A stretch of DNA of 64,000 nt. Source: Vicugna vicugna. Its lineage: Eukaryota. Positions within the stretch are counted from its first letter, which is position 1, and every line of letters begins with the position of its first letter. Below the pieces are notes generated by a model. That model searched no databases. It saw nothing but the letters and a program-made list of their open reading frames with translations, and had not been told where the DNA came from. Below, piece by piece: positions 39,601 to 48,924 of the stretch. Location: the NCBI GenBank assembly GCA_013265495.1, contig MU058868.1, positions 1,684,587-1,748,586 of the forward strand, given 5' to 3'. The translations under genes and the position numbers were made by a program.

Positions 39601-42600
39601 TCCCTCGGCCTGGCTTGCTCCACAGTGCGCCTGTGTGCCTCTGCAGCTCCCACGTCTCTGTGTTTCCCTCCCTCCAGAATAACGGGGCTCTGTCCCCGGT
39701 TCTGCTCAGAGCTAGCCTTGCAGGCAGCTTGGCCAAGGGGTTTGGAGGAGGGGCCCCTGCCAGTGCAGGCAGGAACCAGCCACGCCAGGCCTCGAGGGCC
39801 AGGCGTCCTGGCAGACAGAGGGCCTGGCTTGTCCGCGGGGCATCTCTGTGGCAGTTGATTCTTGATATTTTATTTGGGTACAATTTTGAACATTTGATTT
39901 AACTGAATGTAAACATTTCCCTCAGACCTGGCATCACCGTCTACTTTACTGGCAGTGATACCAGGATGCAGGTGCACTTACCTCGCTGCCACGGGTCCTA
40001 GAGTGTCCCTGTGCCCCCGCGTCTTAGCCAAGGATTCGACCCTGTTGACTTGGGACCAGGCCTGCTCACCGAGGGGGCTCTCCTTGCACAGCTGCCTCGC
40101 GTCCCCAGGCTCTCTGAGCACAGGCTGCCGAGTCCAGCGCCTGCCTTTTCTCCCCTGGGGTCCGTGTTGCCACACAGCGACTGCCCGGCCCTGGCCCCCA
40201 GCCTCTGCCATGGGAGCAGTTGGCCGGTGGGCTGCGTTCCGCGGGGCTCGGCCTGGCTCTGTCTCTTGCACACATTGCTCGTGTGCCCTCTGCATCTGGT
40301 GTTCGCCTGATGGCGTGAGCGCCGATGGCCTGGCCTTGTGTCAAAACAGTTGTGGAATCTCCTGTTCTCTCGTTTTTGGAGTTCTCGTTGAGTAACGGGT
40401 GCGTGCTTGAGTCCTGGTTAACCTTCTCAGGAGGGAGCCCACCAGATGAGCTGTGGGGGGCTTAGCGCCTGCGGCTGCAGCCCATCTGCCGGCCTCAGGC
40501 CGTGCCGGGGCCTCCTCTGCTTTGCTGGTTTGCTTTTTTCTTTCAAAAAATTCTAGGTTTTCCAGATTCCTCAGACAAATGCTGCTGTTTGGGGACTTCT
40601 TTTTAAATCTATCGATGTTTTGGGCTAAGTTCCAGGATCTAGTCATAAACCAAACACAAAGTCAAAAGAACAGAACTTTTCTGTGCTCTTAGACTGTGAA
40701 CAAATCTCTGCACTCAGCTCAGTGTTGTGAATCGGGAGGAGGGTGATCGACTTACAGCCGTCCCTCCGGGAGGACGGAGCCCTCCCTGAGGTGCTCTGCG
40801 CACTCCCCCTGCACTTTGGTGCCTCTTTCTCTGAAACCCAAGGACTTCCCTGGGATTTCCTCTCCTGTTGCATTTGTTTCGTGGCACCAAAGTCGCGTTT
40901 CTCCCTCTTCCGTTGCCCAGGCTGCAGCTCAGCCCAAGCCTCAGGGCTGCCTTTCAGGGATGTCCGTGTGCTCCCCCGAAACTGCCCCGCCCGCCCCGCC
41001 TGCAGCCTGGCCTGGGAGGGGGAAGAGTCCTGGGGGCAGGGCTGCTGCAGGCTGACCGGTGTCCGTTTCTGCCCGCAGGGAGAGCTGGTGACAGCCTCCA
41101 AGGCCATCATCGAGAAGGAGTACCAGCCCCACGTCATCGTGAGCACCACGGGCCCCAACCCCTTCAACACGCTCACTGACCGCGAGCTGGAGGAGTACCG
41201 CAGGGAGGTGGAGCGGAAGCAGAAGGGCCCTGAAGGTGAGCATGCGCCCCCTGGGTCCCGGGCTCCGTGCTGCGAGCCTCCCCGTCCCGTGTGACTGGGC
41301 AGGTTGCCGGACAGAGAAAGACCAGAATGCCGTTCCATGCACATCTGATCTGCCCCCGGGCTAGTTCTGGAGGAATGAGAGGGTAGACACACCTGTAAAT
41401 GGTCTGCTTAGGGAAGGACACGCATGCAGTCAGACAGGGCGGGGGGTGGCCCTGCCCTGAGTGCCCCACCCTGAGTGCCCCACCAAAACGAGGCTGGGCC
41501 TGAAAGGCGCCCTGCCTGTCAGAAGCCGATGTGGGGACGGGGCGAGAAGGAAGCGGAGAAGGAGGACGCGGGCCTTGTGGCCCCGGCCACACTCATGGGC
41601 TCTCCACCGTCCGGGGGGTCCCAGCTGCGGAGGGCAGTGCTTGCTGCTCCTGCTGGACCGCGGTCTGTGTTGAGGGCTCAGGACGCCCACAGAAGAGCTC
41701 AGTGACCTGGGCTTGTTAGTGGGCAAGCGGCCTGAACATCACGTTGAAGGCACATTTGGCCTTTGACGTGTAGAATGTGTCTCTGTCACAGTTCACTGAG
41801 GAGAGGCCTCCTTTGATTCTCCTGGTCGCATTTGGAGCAGTTACGTTGTGCCAGACACCGTGCTCAATGCTGCACATGTGAGCGTTTCAGCGAGCTCTCA
41901 GGCAGCCCCGAGAGATGGGCCTGTTCCCCAGGAGCAGGGCCGCGCGTGGCAGGCCTGGTCTCAGTGGCGGTCGTGCTGGGGCTTTCTGGCAGGCTCTTCC
42001 CCGTGAGCTCCGAGGGCTCCCGGGCAGGGCTTGGTCACAGGCCTGCGGGCTCGGCTGCCGGGCGCTCACGGCCTTCCCCAGGCCCCGTGAAGAGCGAGGC
42101 CGACTGCTGGCGCAGGCTTTGTCTCTCTCGGTAGCTCACTCATGTAAGAGGTCTTGTGTTCATAAAATGTGTTTGGACTGTTTTACATCAAGGAAAATGA
42201 GTGGTTCTAAGAGCCAGAACCTCATGGAGCAGCTTGTTTCAAACGTGGTTTATTAAAGTAGATCCAAACGTTTTGAGAGCTCAGGAGAGACACCAGCCCC
42301 CCCCCCCCACCGCCTCTGACGGGAAGCGCAGCGGGTCTCGCTTGCCCTCCCTGAGCGCCCTGGGTTGGTTCCCGCAGAGGCCCCGCCGGGAGGCTTGTGC
42401 CATCATCCGCAGGGCCTCTCCCTCCTGGGAGTCAGTCTTCCCGGAATGAAGTCCCCGGTGTGTGGGACTGAAGTTCCCCTCTTGGGAACTGTGTACTGCT
42501 TCGAAGACAAGCTCTGGTTTGCCCCAATTTAACTTTTTTTTTAGTCTTGTTCTAGACCAACTAATGTGTTGCTCAGCTGCTGTTGAAATCTGAGTTGTGT

Positions 42601-45600
42601 AGAAAATGCGCCGTTGAGCTGTTTGTTCCTAAGTGTTACGTTGTCACTGCCTGTCACTTTCTGTTAGATACGTGTTAAAATTAAGACTCACGGCACATAG
42701 ATTCAGAGCGAGCCTGGTCTTCCGCTCACAGCAAGCTCTGTCTCCTGAACGGGGCATGCAGCCCCACAGAAAGCTTTGTCCTTGCCGTGGCCGTGATTAC
42801 CTGCCTTAGGTTAAGAACAAGGGGTGGTGCGTGGGCCTGAGCCGGCGGTCCTGTGGCCTGACCCCCCTGTGCACAGACACTTCCAGAGGCTAGGAAACCT
42901 GGAGTTCTTGTGTGTTTGGTTTTGTTTAAGTTAAACCACAAGACACAGGAGTTTCCTCTCCGTGTGAGGCTCCATCAGGAGGGACGTTACAGCAAGTGAG
43001 TGGAACTGGATGGGGACAGCTATGACCATGCTCTGTGACCGCATCGCTGTCAGCAGTGGGAGTGGCAGCCAGGGGCCAGGAGACCCCTGCCCAGCACTGG
43101 TGGCCCTCGGCGTGGGGGGGGGGAGGGCAGTCGTGTGCCGCGGGGAAAGCTTGGGCTGCCCGGCAGAGCTCAGCACCTCGGGTGAGAGGAAGAAAGCCTC
43201 TGGCTTTGGCTCCTCTTCCTGGTGGAAGGAATTTGCTCAGGCAGGACATGGGAAGGCCTTTGTTTACAGGCACTTGGCCTCAGGAAGGGGGCTGCAAGCT
43301 CAGGGACCTAGGAGGCTGGACTTGTTCAGAATTTGGAGCCGAATATTCCCAAGGTGCTAATATAAAAAGTTTACATGAGAGGAGGAGATTTGAGGACTTA
43401 GGGTTATTCTGTGCATCTTTCCATAAGTGAGGAGTAGATTTGGAACTTCGGGGTCTTCGTTCTTGCAGGTTTTCCTCTGGTTTATCAGCACATTTTACTT
43501 AAGAAAGTACAACTGCGCATTACAGTGGCCGAGTTTAAACTGTTGGTAGAAAACGCCCTGAATAAAACTTTTAACCACAGTCATGCTCATGTAACGTCCC
43601 TTGAGGTGGCGAGTAGGGCGAGGGTGCGTGGGACCCTGGGCTGCTTGCTCAGGTGGTAGGGCGGGGTCCTCACTGGAGGGCAGTAGAGGACAGATTGGGG
43701 TCGCTGGTCCCAGCATGCCGCAGAGGCTGCTCTGGCAGAGCCCGAGGTTCAGACCCACACCCCGTCATAGCCAGCTTCCTCATCCTCTTTCCAGTAGGAG
43801 TGAAAGGCTGCGGGAGTGGCTGTGAGCCCTCCCCGAGGGCCGGGGCAGGAGGGCTGTCTGGGCGGAGGGGCGGGGGGGAGGCCCTGTGTCTAAAGCTCTT
43901 CACCATCGTCTCACTTTCTGTTCATTTGCAGAGAGTCTGGACGAGACTGGAGAACAGAAAGAAAAGAGTCCTCCACAGCCCCCCGCCGCCCCCCACACAG
44001 CCCCCCACACCCCCCCCAGCACCCTGCTCCAGCTGGAGGAAGGTGAGCTCTCCGGGGGTGGGGGGCAGCGGTGTAGCTGCCCCGGGTGTGTGTGTGGGGG
44101 TGCACGGCCCTGTGGATCGGTGTCTCCAGGAGGCATGGACCTGCAGTTCTGTCGGGTTGGAGGAAAGCAATGGAGTGCGGCGGTAGCTGGCCTGACACTA
44201 ACACAGGGGTGTGCGCGACACGGAAACCGGCTCATCACAGGCTTCTGACGCGCCGGCCTCCGCTCCTGTTGGGTTCTGTCTGTCCTGGGTGACTTGCAGC
44301 AGAACAGGTTCCTTAGTGAGACTTCACGACAAGGTGGGAGGACAGACTGCAGACTGGAGCCCAGCTTCGTTTATGTCGATCCTGCCCACTGCTTGCACAT
44401 TTCTTAAATCTTACTGTGCTCAGATTAGCCCTGGAAGTGTCTTCCGTTGTGCCTGGGCCGCAGGACTGCGTTTGACTTGCCGTATTTATCAGTGATGGAG
44501 AGTGCTGGCCTCTGTCGGCCTCTCCGACCAGCCCCCTGTGTGTCTGGCGCGTGGCCTGCGTGTCTGTCCCTCGGCCTTGTGCACCATGCTCCCCGTGCCT
44601 GTCGGGGGCCTGTGGCTCACCTTCCGCCCCTGTGTCCACAAGAATGGCCCGGCCATTCTCCGTCTGTAACCCTGTGCTGTGACAGCGCATAGATTCTCTC
44701 CTGTGCTTTCTCTTCCTGTGGCTGCGTCACAAGCAGGAGGCGGAAGTGCTAAAGAGTACCTGTTACCATAGTAAGTACCGCCGCCGCCTGGCCTGTCGCT
44801 TAACCAGAGTCCCCTGTGCTTTGCCTCATTCTCTTGCTTCTTTGTTGCTTATTAAGTTTTGTTTTCTGTTCATTCAAAATTAAAACAAAAGCCCCCTTTT
44901 CTTGTACCCAGTCCCTCCATCGTGGGCAGTGGGCTTCTTGAAGGGGGTTGTGTCACCTGAGCCCCGCGGGGCAGCCTGCCCACAGCACCTCCTAGGCTGA
45001 GGCAGTGCTGCCCAGGGCACTCTGGGTCTCGGAAGTTCTGGAGGGACCACCTTGTCCTTCAGCCTTCGAGACGCGTGACTGCTCAGCGGGGAGGTTTTGC
45101 TGTATCAGATCAGACATAAGTCTAGACTAGGTTTGGACAGGCTGGGATTTTGCCAGCCTGCTGCATGTGGGTTGCATGTGTTTGGATCTTTGCGTTAAGC
45201 AGGGTGCTTAAGCTTAAACTGAGGAGGGTGGAAGGGTGGTGACATTTGGCTAAATGATATAGCCCCCCAAGTACCCTCTGCATGCTTGGCAGTGAATCCC
45301 AACTGCCTCCTGCCCCAGCTAACCAGCTGACCCCCAGAGCATCTAATTACCCCGGGCAGGAGGCAGCGGGCAGGGCGGGCCGGGCAGAGAAAGTCCTGGA
45401 GCCGCGTCCTGCAGCCGCTCCTCTCCCGCGCTCTGCTCAGCTCGCTCAGCTCGGCTCCCTGTCACCTCCGATGTTCGGCTAGATTTCTGGGTACTAGATG
45501 GTTTGGTGTTGCCTAACTACTCTGTGGCTTATAACTTTGCAGATAGTTTTAAAAAATCTACAAAACTGGTTTCCCCCAGGGTCAGTGTAGAAGTCAGCCA

Positions 45601-46533
45601 ACAGGCTGTTTCTTTAAAACAAGTGCTGTTTGGCCCTTTCACGTTTCCATGTTCAAATCGTTAAGACGGCTTGAATTTTTACCTTACAGTTCATCCCTCT
45701 TCCTTGGGGAATCCTCCAGCTCTCGCCTGATGTCGGTGCTCGGGGGTCTGGGAGCCGGGAGCGGACTCCTGGGCTCTCGCTGGCGGCTGAGGCTTCCCAT
45801 GGTTTTCTCCCTGGGGGAGACCAGGTGTTGTGGATGTAAACCTAGGCTTGATTTCAGGGCTACTGATATGTGTCCTGAAGGGTTCACGTGTTTAACGCAG
45901 GACATTGTTCCCCGCTTGCCGTGATCCCTGTCCGCGGTGGGGACCGGGGCCCTGTGACCAAGTCTGGTGTGTCAGCAGGCCGTCCATGAGAGGAGCTTAG
46001 AACTGCCCTGAGACTGATCTCTGTCTTGTCCTATGAGCTGTCTCCAGCCTTGGAGTAGAGCAGACCTTATTTAAAGTTTCTTATTCTTGCCTAGAGTCAC
46101 ACAGAGGCAGTTTCTGTGCAGGGCACTCGAGATGCCCCTCTGAGGTCTGGGCAGTTGCCCTTTAACCCCGTCTTTCCTGTCCCGCCTGCCAGACCCACCG
46201 CAGGAGCCAACTCCCAGAGACGACAGCGATGCCGCCACCTTCCAGCCGACCCTCCCCGACCTGTCCCCAGATGAGCCTTCGGAAGTGCTCGGCTTCCCGA
46301 CTTTGGAGGAGGAGGAGGAGGAGGAGGGGCTTTGTGAAGCTGGGGGCCCTCCAAGTCCCACCCGGTCCCCCACGGCCGCCAGCCCCGAGCCAGCCGCAGC
46401 CCTGGCCGCGGAGGAGGGGGCTGCTGTGGACCCCGGCAGCGATGGGTCTCCGGGCAAGTCCCCGTCCAAAAAGAAGAAGAAATTCCGCACCCCCTCCTTC
46501 CTGAAGAAGAGCAAGAAGAGGAGCGACTCCTGA
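9474..46533 (+). CDS. ADD1: Alpha-adducin, multi-exon CDS (span). Main isoform about 737 aa if the gap-hidden parts have human-like lengths
   Basis: Translated exons match recalled adducin ([15 protein letters not shown]...; aldolase-II-like head; C-terminal MARCKS-like [26 protein letters not shown]). All visible junctions are GT-AG with consistent phases. Confidence 0.98.
10175..10315 (-). mobile_element. tRNA-derived SINE, camelid-type
   Basis: Minus strand: gggtgcagctcagcggtagagtgcgtgcttagcagacacaaggtcctgggttcaatccccagtacctcc (A box and B box ggttcaatcc) plus A-rich tail. Confidence 0.8.
10600..12200. mobile_element. Degenerate L2 fragments
   Basis: Purine-rich L2-like segments (ggcctttctgagtaa, gtccaggactgggattttgcc, gagtgactgctggttgg); boundaries approximate. 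Confidence 0.5.
12807..12969 (+). CDS. ADD1: ADD1 exon 3
   Basis: [32 protein letters not shown]..., 163 nt, ttag| and |gtgagt. Confidence 0.96.
15200..16030 (-). mobile_element. Ancient antisense L1 fragment
   Basis: T-rich degenerate L1-like text (attcctgttacatgcgtgttggattttc...); boundaries approximate. Confidence 0.5.
16629..16993 (+). mobile_element. Internally deleted bipartite L1 element (L1 5' end fused to L1 3' end, A-rich tail, 10-bp TSD)
   Basis: gggaggacccaagatgg...tacatctaca...ctggcaga...aatccggta then aacaacaagtttctactctgtagcacagg...cttcaataaaa; TSD aattaaagag at 16619-16628 and 16994-17003. Confidence 0.75.
17280..18370 (-). mobile_element. Ancient antisense L1 ORF2 fragment
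   Basis: ttttttgtagatgtccctcatcaagttgagg...aaccaaccttgcatttctgagg...gaagtcatctgggcctggg. Confidence 0.7.
18543..18694 (+). CDS. ADD1: ADD1 exon 4
   Basis: [50 protein letters not shown], 152 nt, canonical sites. Confidence 0.96.
21400..21760 (+). mobile_element. Old L1 (L1MC/ME-type) 3' end
   Basis: catgcagtatgattctaattatatg...ggatagtggttacgtctggg...ttcaaaataaaaa. Confidence 0.55.
22600..23965 (+). mobile_element. Degenerate L1 ORF2/3'UTR fragments
   Basis: ggaataaatttaaccaagga; ggagataccatctcacac; ggaggttcctcagaaaattaaaagcagaactacc; catttgcagcaacatggat; gtggaatcc. Confidence 0.75.
24990..25070 (+). CDS. ADD1: ADD1 exon 5
   Basis: [27 protein letters not shown], 81 nt, cgcag| and |gtaaga. 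Confidence 0.96.
25308..25457 (+). CDS. ADD1: ADD1 exon 6
   Basis: [50 protein letters not shown], 150 nt. Confidence 0.96.
27307..27450 (+). CDS. ADD1: ADD1 exon 7
   Basis: [48 protein letters not shown], 144 nt. Confidence 0.96.
27569..27667 (+). CDS. ADD1: ADD1 exon 8
   Basis: [33 protein letters not shown], 99 nt. Confidence 0.96.
28383..28559 (+). CDS. ADD1: ADD1 exon 9
   Basis: [24 protein letters not shown]...[12 protein letters not shown], 177 nt, donor gtaaga. Confidence 0.95.
32000..32520 (-). mobile_element. Old L1 3' end, antisense
   Basis: cagttgagatacgtgtacgcagaagagtgcac...ctttttataaacggaatcgtatttgtg...gcagttgcccattctg. Confidence 0.6.
32603..32824 (+). CDS. ADD1: ADD1 exon 10, visible part (3' end runs into N gap; expected end near 32854, or near 32947 with the human-type 93-nt extension)
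   Basis: [29 protein letters not shown]...[15 protein letters not shown] then Ns; acceptor ccctag|. Confidence 0.93.
32825..33004. other. N gap (180 nt) covering the 3' end of ADD1 exon 10
   Basis: Run of n begins right after in-frame coding sequence. Confidence 0.99.
35383..35546. other. N gap (164 nt), probable location of ADD1 exon 11
   Basis: The expected ~102-nt exon (WTKEDG...EMRNK in human, recalled) is not found elsewhere between exons 10 and 12. Confidence 0.85.
36191..36280 (+). CDS. ADD1: ADD1 exon 12
   Basis: [30 protein letters not shown], 90 nt, ctcag| and |gtgaga. Confidence 0.95.
36986..37078 (+). CDS. ADD1: ADD1 alternative in-frame cassette exon (93 nt, 31 aa)
   Basis: [31 protein letters not shown], tgcag| and |gtacac, phase 0-0; resembles a recalled human alternative exon. 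Confidence 0.85.
37788..37906. repeat. Two-copy ~60-bp GC-rich tandem repeat
   Basis: agcctggggcc...gctgaggcc...gtgtccgtggg...gggtccgccc repeated at 37788 and 37848, imperfect. Confidence 0.85.
41079..41235 (+). CDS. ADD1: ADD1 exon (157 nt)
   Basis: [52 protein letters not shown], cgcag| and |gtgagc. Confidence 0.96.
43932..44042 (+). CDS. ADD1: ADD1 tail exon (111 nt)
   Basis: [37 protein letters not shown], tgcag| and |gtgagc, phase 1-1. Confidence 0.93.
44737..44770 (+). CDS. ADD1: ADD1 alternative 34-nt microexon giving C-terminus [11 protein letters not shown]
   Basis: aagcag|GAGGCGGAAGTGCTAAAGAGTACCTGTTACCATA|gtaagt; TA plus first A of last exon = TAA; matches recalled human short-isoform ending (GDGCAREYLLP). 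Confidence 0.88.
46193..46533 (+). CDS. ADD1: ADD1 terminal coding exon with MARCKS-related basic domain
   Basis: [31 protein letters not shown]...[24 protein letters not shown]; acceptor gccag|. Confidence 0.97.
46306..46326 (+). repeat. (GAG)7 coding microsatellite (poly-Glu) in ADD1 last exon
   Basis: Seven pure GAG codons. Confidence 0.95.
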
Positions 46534-47992
46534 AGGCCTGTCCCACCAAACTGATGCCACCACTGTCCCCGACCGCGTCCCCTGCTGTCTCCTTGTGTAG
46601 TGGAATGCGAGCCCCGCCCTCTGTGTAGCTAGTGACCCCCCACCCCCACGCAGAGCGGTGCTAACCCCATGTGCGCAGCGGCCCCCACCCTGGGCCCTCG
46701 GCCTCAGGTTCTGGGGGAGACTCTGTCTCCGCGTCCAGCTCCGGGTCCTGCCCCACAGGGACCAGCACGTCGGCCCAGCTCGGTCTGCTCCCCGGGGATG
46801 CACGCTCCCTGGGGCATCACGTCATGTTCTGGCTGGACCGGAGGAGGCCCTGACCTTGACCTCACTGCTCTCCTGCTGTGCAGTGACCGCTCCCCATGTC
46901 TGCTGCGCCTTCACCCCAAGGTCTCAGGTGACTGGATCAGACCACAGCTTCCTACTAGCACGTCTGCTCAGCGAGGCCCATGAAGCCTCGGTCCTGTGAG
47001 GGCCTCGCCCGCCAGCAGCGCAGCCTCTGAGGCGGCCTTTCCCGGGCGGGTTTGGGGTGAGCGGGCGCCCCCGGCAGCAGGCGGGCCTCTGCACCTAGGG
47101 CAACCGATGCGTGGTCTCAGTGGCTCCCGCGCCTTGCTCACTGGGGTCTCCAGAGCCCTGTCGTCTGGGTCCCGTCGTTGGGAAGGCGCGTCGGGAGGGA
47201 AGAGGCCTTTCCGACTCCCTCTCCAGCAGGCGCGCCGCTTGCCCTGCGTTCAGCGAGCGTGAATAGGCCTCTGCGCAGGCACGCTCCTCCCCCCCGGGGC
47301 CTGCGTCGGGCCGCCGGGCGCCGTGCACCTTGGGGAGGTCTCAGACCTGGGAGGGGAACTGCTCTTACCTTTGCTCCGCCTGAAGGGTGCCCTGGTCTTG
47401 ATGAAGGCAGCTCGAGGCAGGAGTTGGCCCTGGGGGCCCCACCTGATGTCCCGTGGTCACTGATGGAGCTCCCCCTCCGCCTCCAACACTCCACTCAGAT
47501 CCCTGGAAAACAGCGTGAAGCTGCCCAGTGGGAGCCAGTGGGTGGCCCGATGGCCACCTCGACAGTGCCCTGTTCCAGGAGCTGCCGGTGCCAGCCTGTC
47601 CCCCAGATGGGTCCCCTGGAGGGGCAGGGCCCCTTGGTGGACCTGGTACCAGATGTGGGCTCGGGTCCCATACCCTCGACACCCTCACAGGACCTGAGGC
47701 CGGCTGCATGGCACTGACCTCTGCTTCGAGCTCACTGGCGAGCAAGCCGCTTTCGTGTGTATCATTGCGTTGCCGAGATGGTGGTAAATTCTCCCCTCAC
47801 CCTGAACTCAGTTAACCACAGGCTCTTCCTTTTATCTCTGCCTCTGACCCCACATATGCAATGACTTTCATTTCATTTTTGTAGTTTACTTTAATCTTTG
47901 TATCACGACATGAAGTTCAGTTGTGTACACGGACACGGGCTTGGGAGGGCAGGTCCTGTGGCCTTTCTTCACTATACGATGTTTTACTCACA

Positions 47993-47998
47993 AATAAA
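47993..47998 (+). terminator. ADD1 polyadenylation signal AATAAA
   Basis: AATAAA about 1.46 kb after the stop, followed by a U/GU-rich tract at ~48035-48075. Confidence 0.8.
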
Positions 47999-48579
47999 AT
48001 TCTTTAAGCAGTCTCCTTGTCTAAACTTGGAGAGCAGTTTTGTGTTTTAATTTCCTTAATTTTCCTTTTTTGTTCCTTTAAAGTAGGACTTCCAGAAGTT
48101 TATCTCACATTCCAAAAAAAAGTCTCCATGTGTTTATTTCTTGGTCAAGTGCAATCTGTTGCTTCTGCCGAGGGCCCCTGACCCAGAGCCACCGCCCCAG
48201 CAAGTGCCCGCTGTCCCCAGGAAGTACAGGCATGGCCTGCGGGCACTCCCGGGTCCACAGTCTGAGCAGACGCTGGCAGGGCAGTGAAGTCGGGATCTGT
48301 GGTGGGACAGCCTGGCAAAGGGGGTCCCTCCTCCCCAGTCTGGCAGGGTGCGGGGCACACCCCCAGTACCACCTTACGAGTGCTGACCCTGCCAGTAGGG
48401 GCTCCTTCACCTGACTCTCACCCCAGCCCAGTGGAGGGGAGACAGGCTGTGGTCAGTGAAGCTATGAAAGCTGTTCAGCTCAAGCTGCTTCTGGTGCCTG
48501 GGGGTCTCCCAGGGCAGTGGGTGTGGTAGGCATGAGGCCTGTGCACGAGAGAAAGGCACTTGGTACAAAATATAGCTGC

Positions 48580-48585
48580 TTTATT
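48580..48585 (-). terminator. MFSD10 polyadenylation signal AATAAA (minus strand)
   Basis: tttatt on plus strand, about 225 nt past the MFSD10 stop. Confidence 0.8.
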
Positions 48586-48808
48586 TCGTCGTTCAGAGAC
48601 CTGGCCGACACCCTGTGGCACTGAGTAGAAAAGAGAAGTTGTAGTGTCTGCTCCTCTGGGTAGACAGGCCAGGTCCACGGGGCTCGTGGGCACCCTGGGG
48701 CTGCAGGTCCTGGGCCCGCCTGGGCTGGGCCCCGGGAGGGACGAGGCAGCGGAGCAGTCCTGGCCCAGACTTCCCACTTCCCAGCCTCAGCGTGGGGTCG
48801 CGGCTCAG

Positions 48809-48924
48809 CTACTCAGCCTTGCGTGTCTGTGCCGGGGGCCTCGGGTCCCACAGGAGGAAAAAGGGGAGCAGGAAGAGCCCCGCGCACACGGTGAAGCAGA
48901 CCCGGGCCCCAGCCAGCCAGTACA
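48809..48924 (-). CDS. MFSD10: MFSD10 coding exon 12 (TAG stop)
   Basis: VYWLAGARVCFTVCAGLFLLPFFLLWDPRPPAQTRKAE*, 116 nt. Confidence 0.93.

Noticed and set aside
41455-41482. 14-bp tandem duplication ccctgagtgcccca x2
   Set aside because: Ordinary intronic slippage with no sign of function
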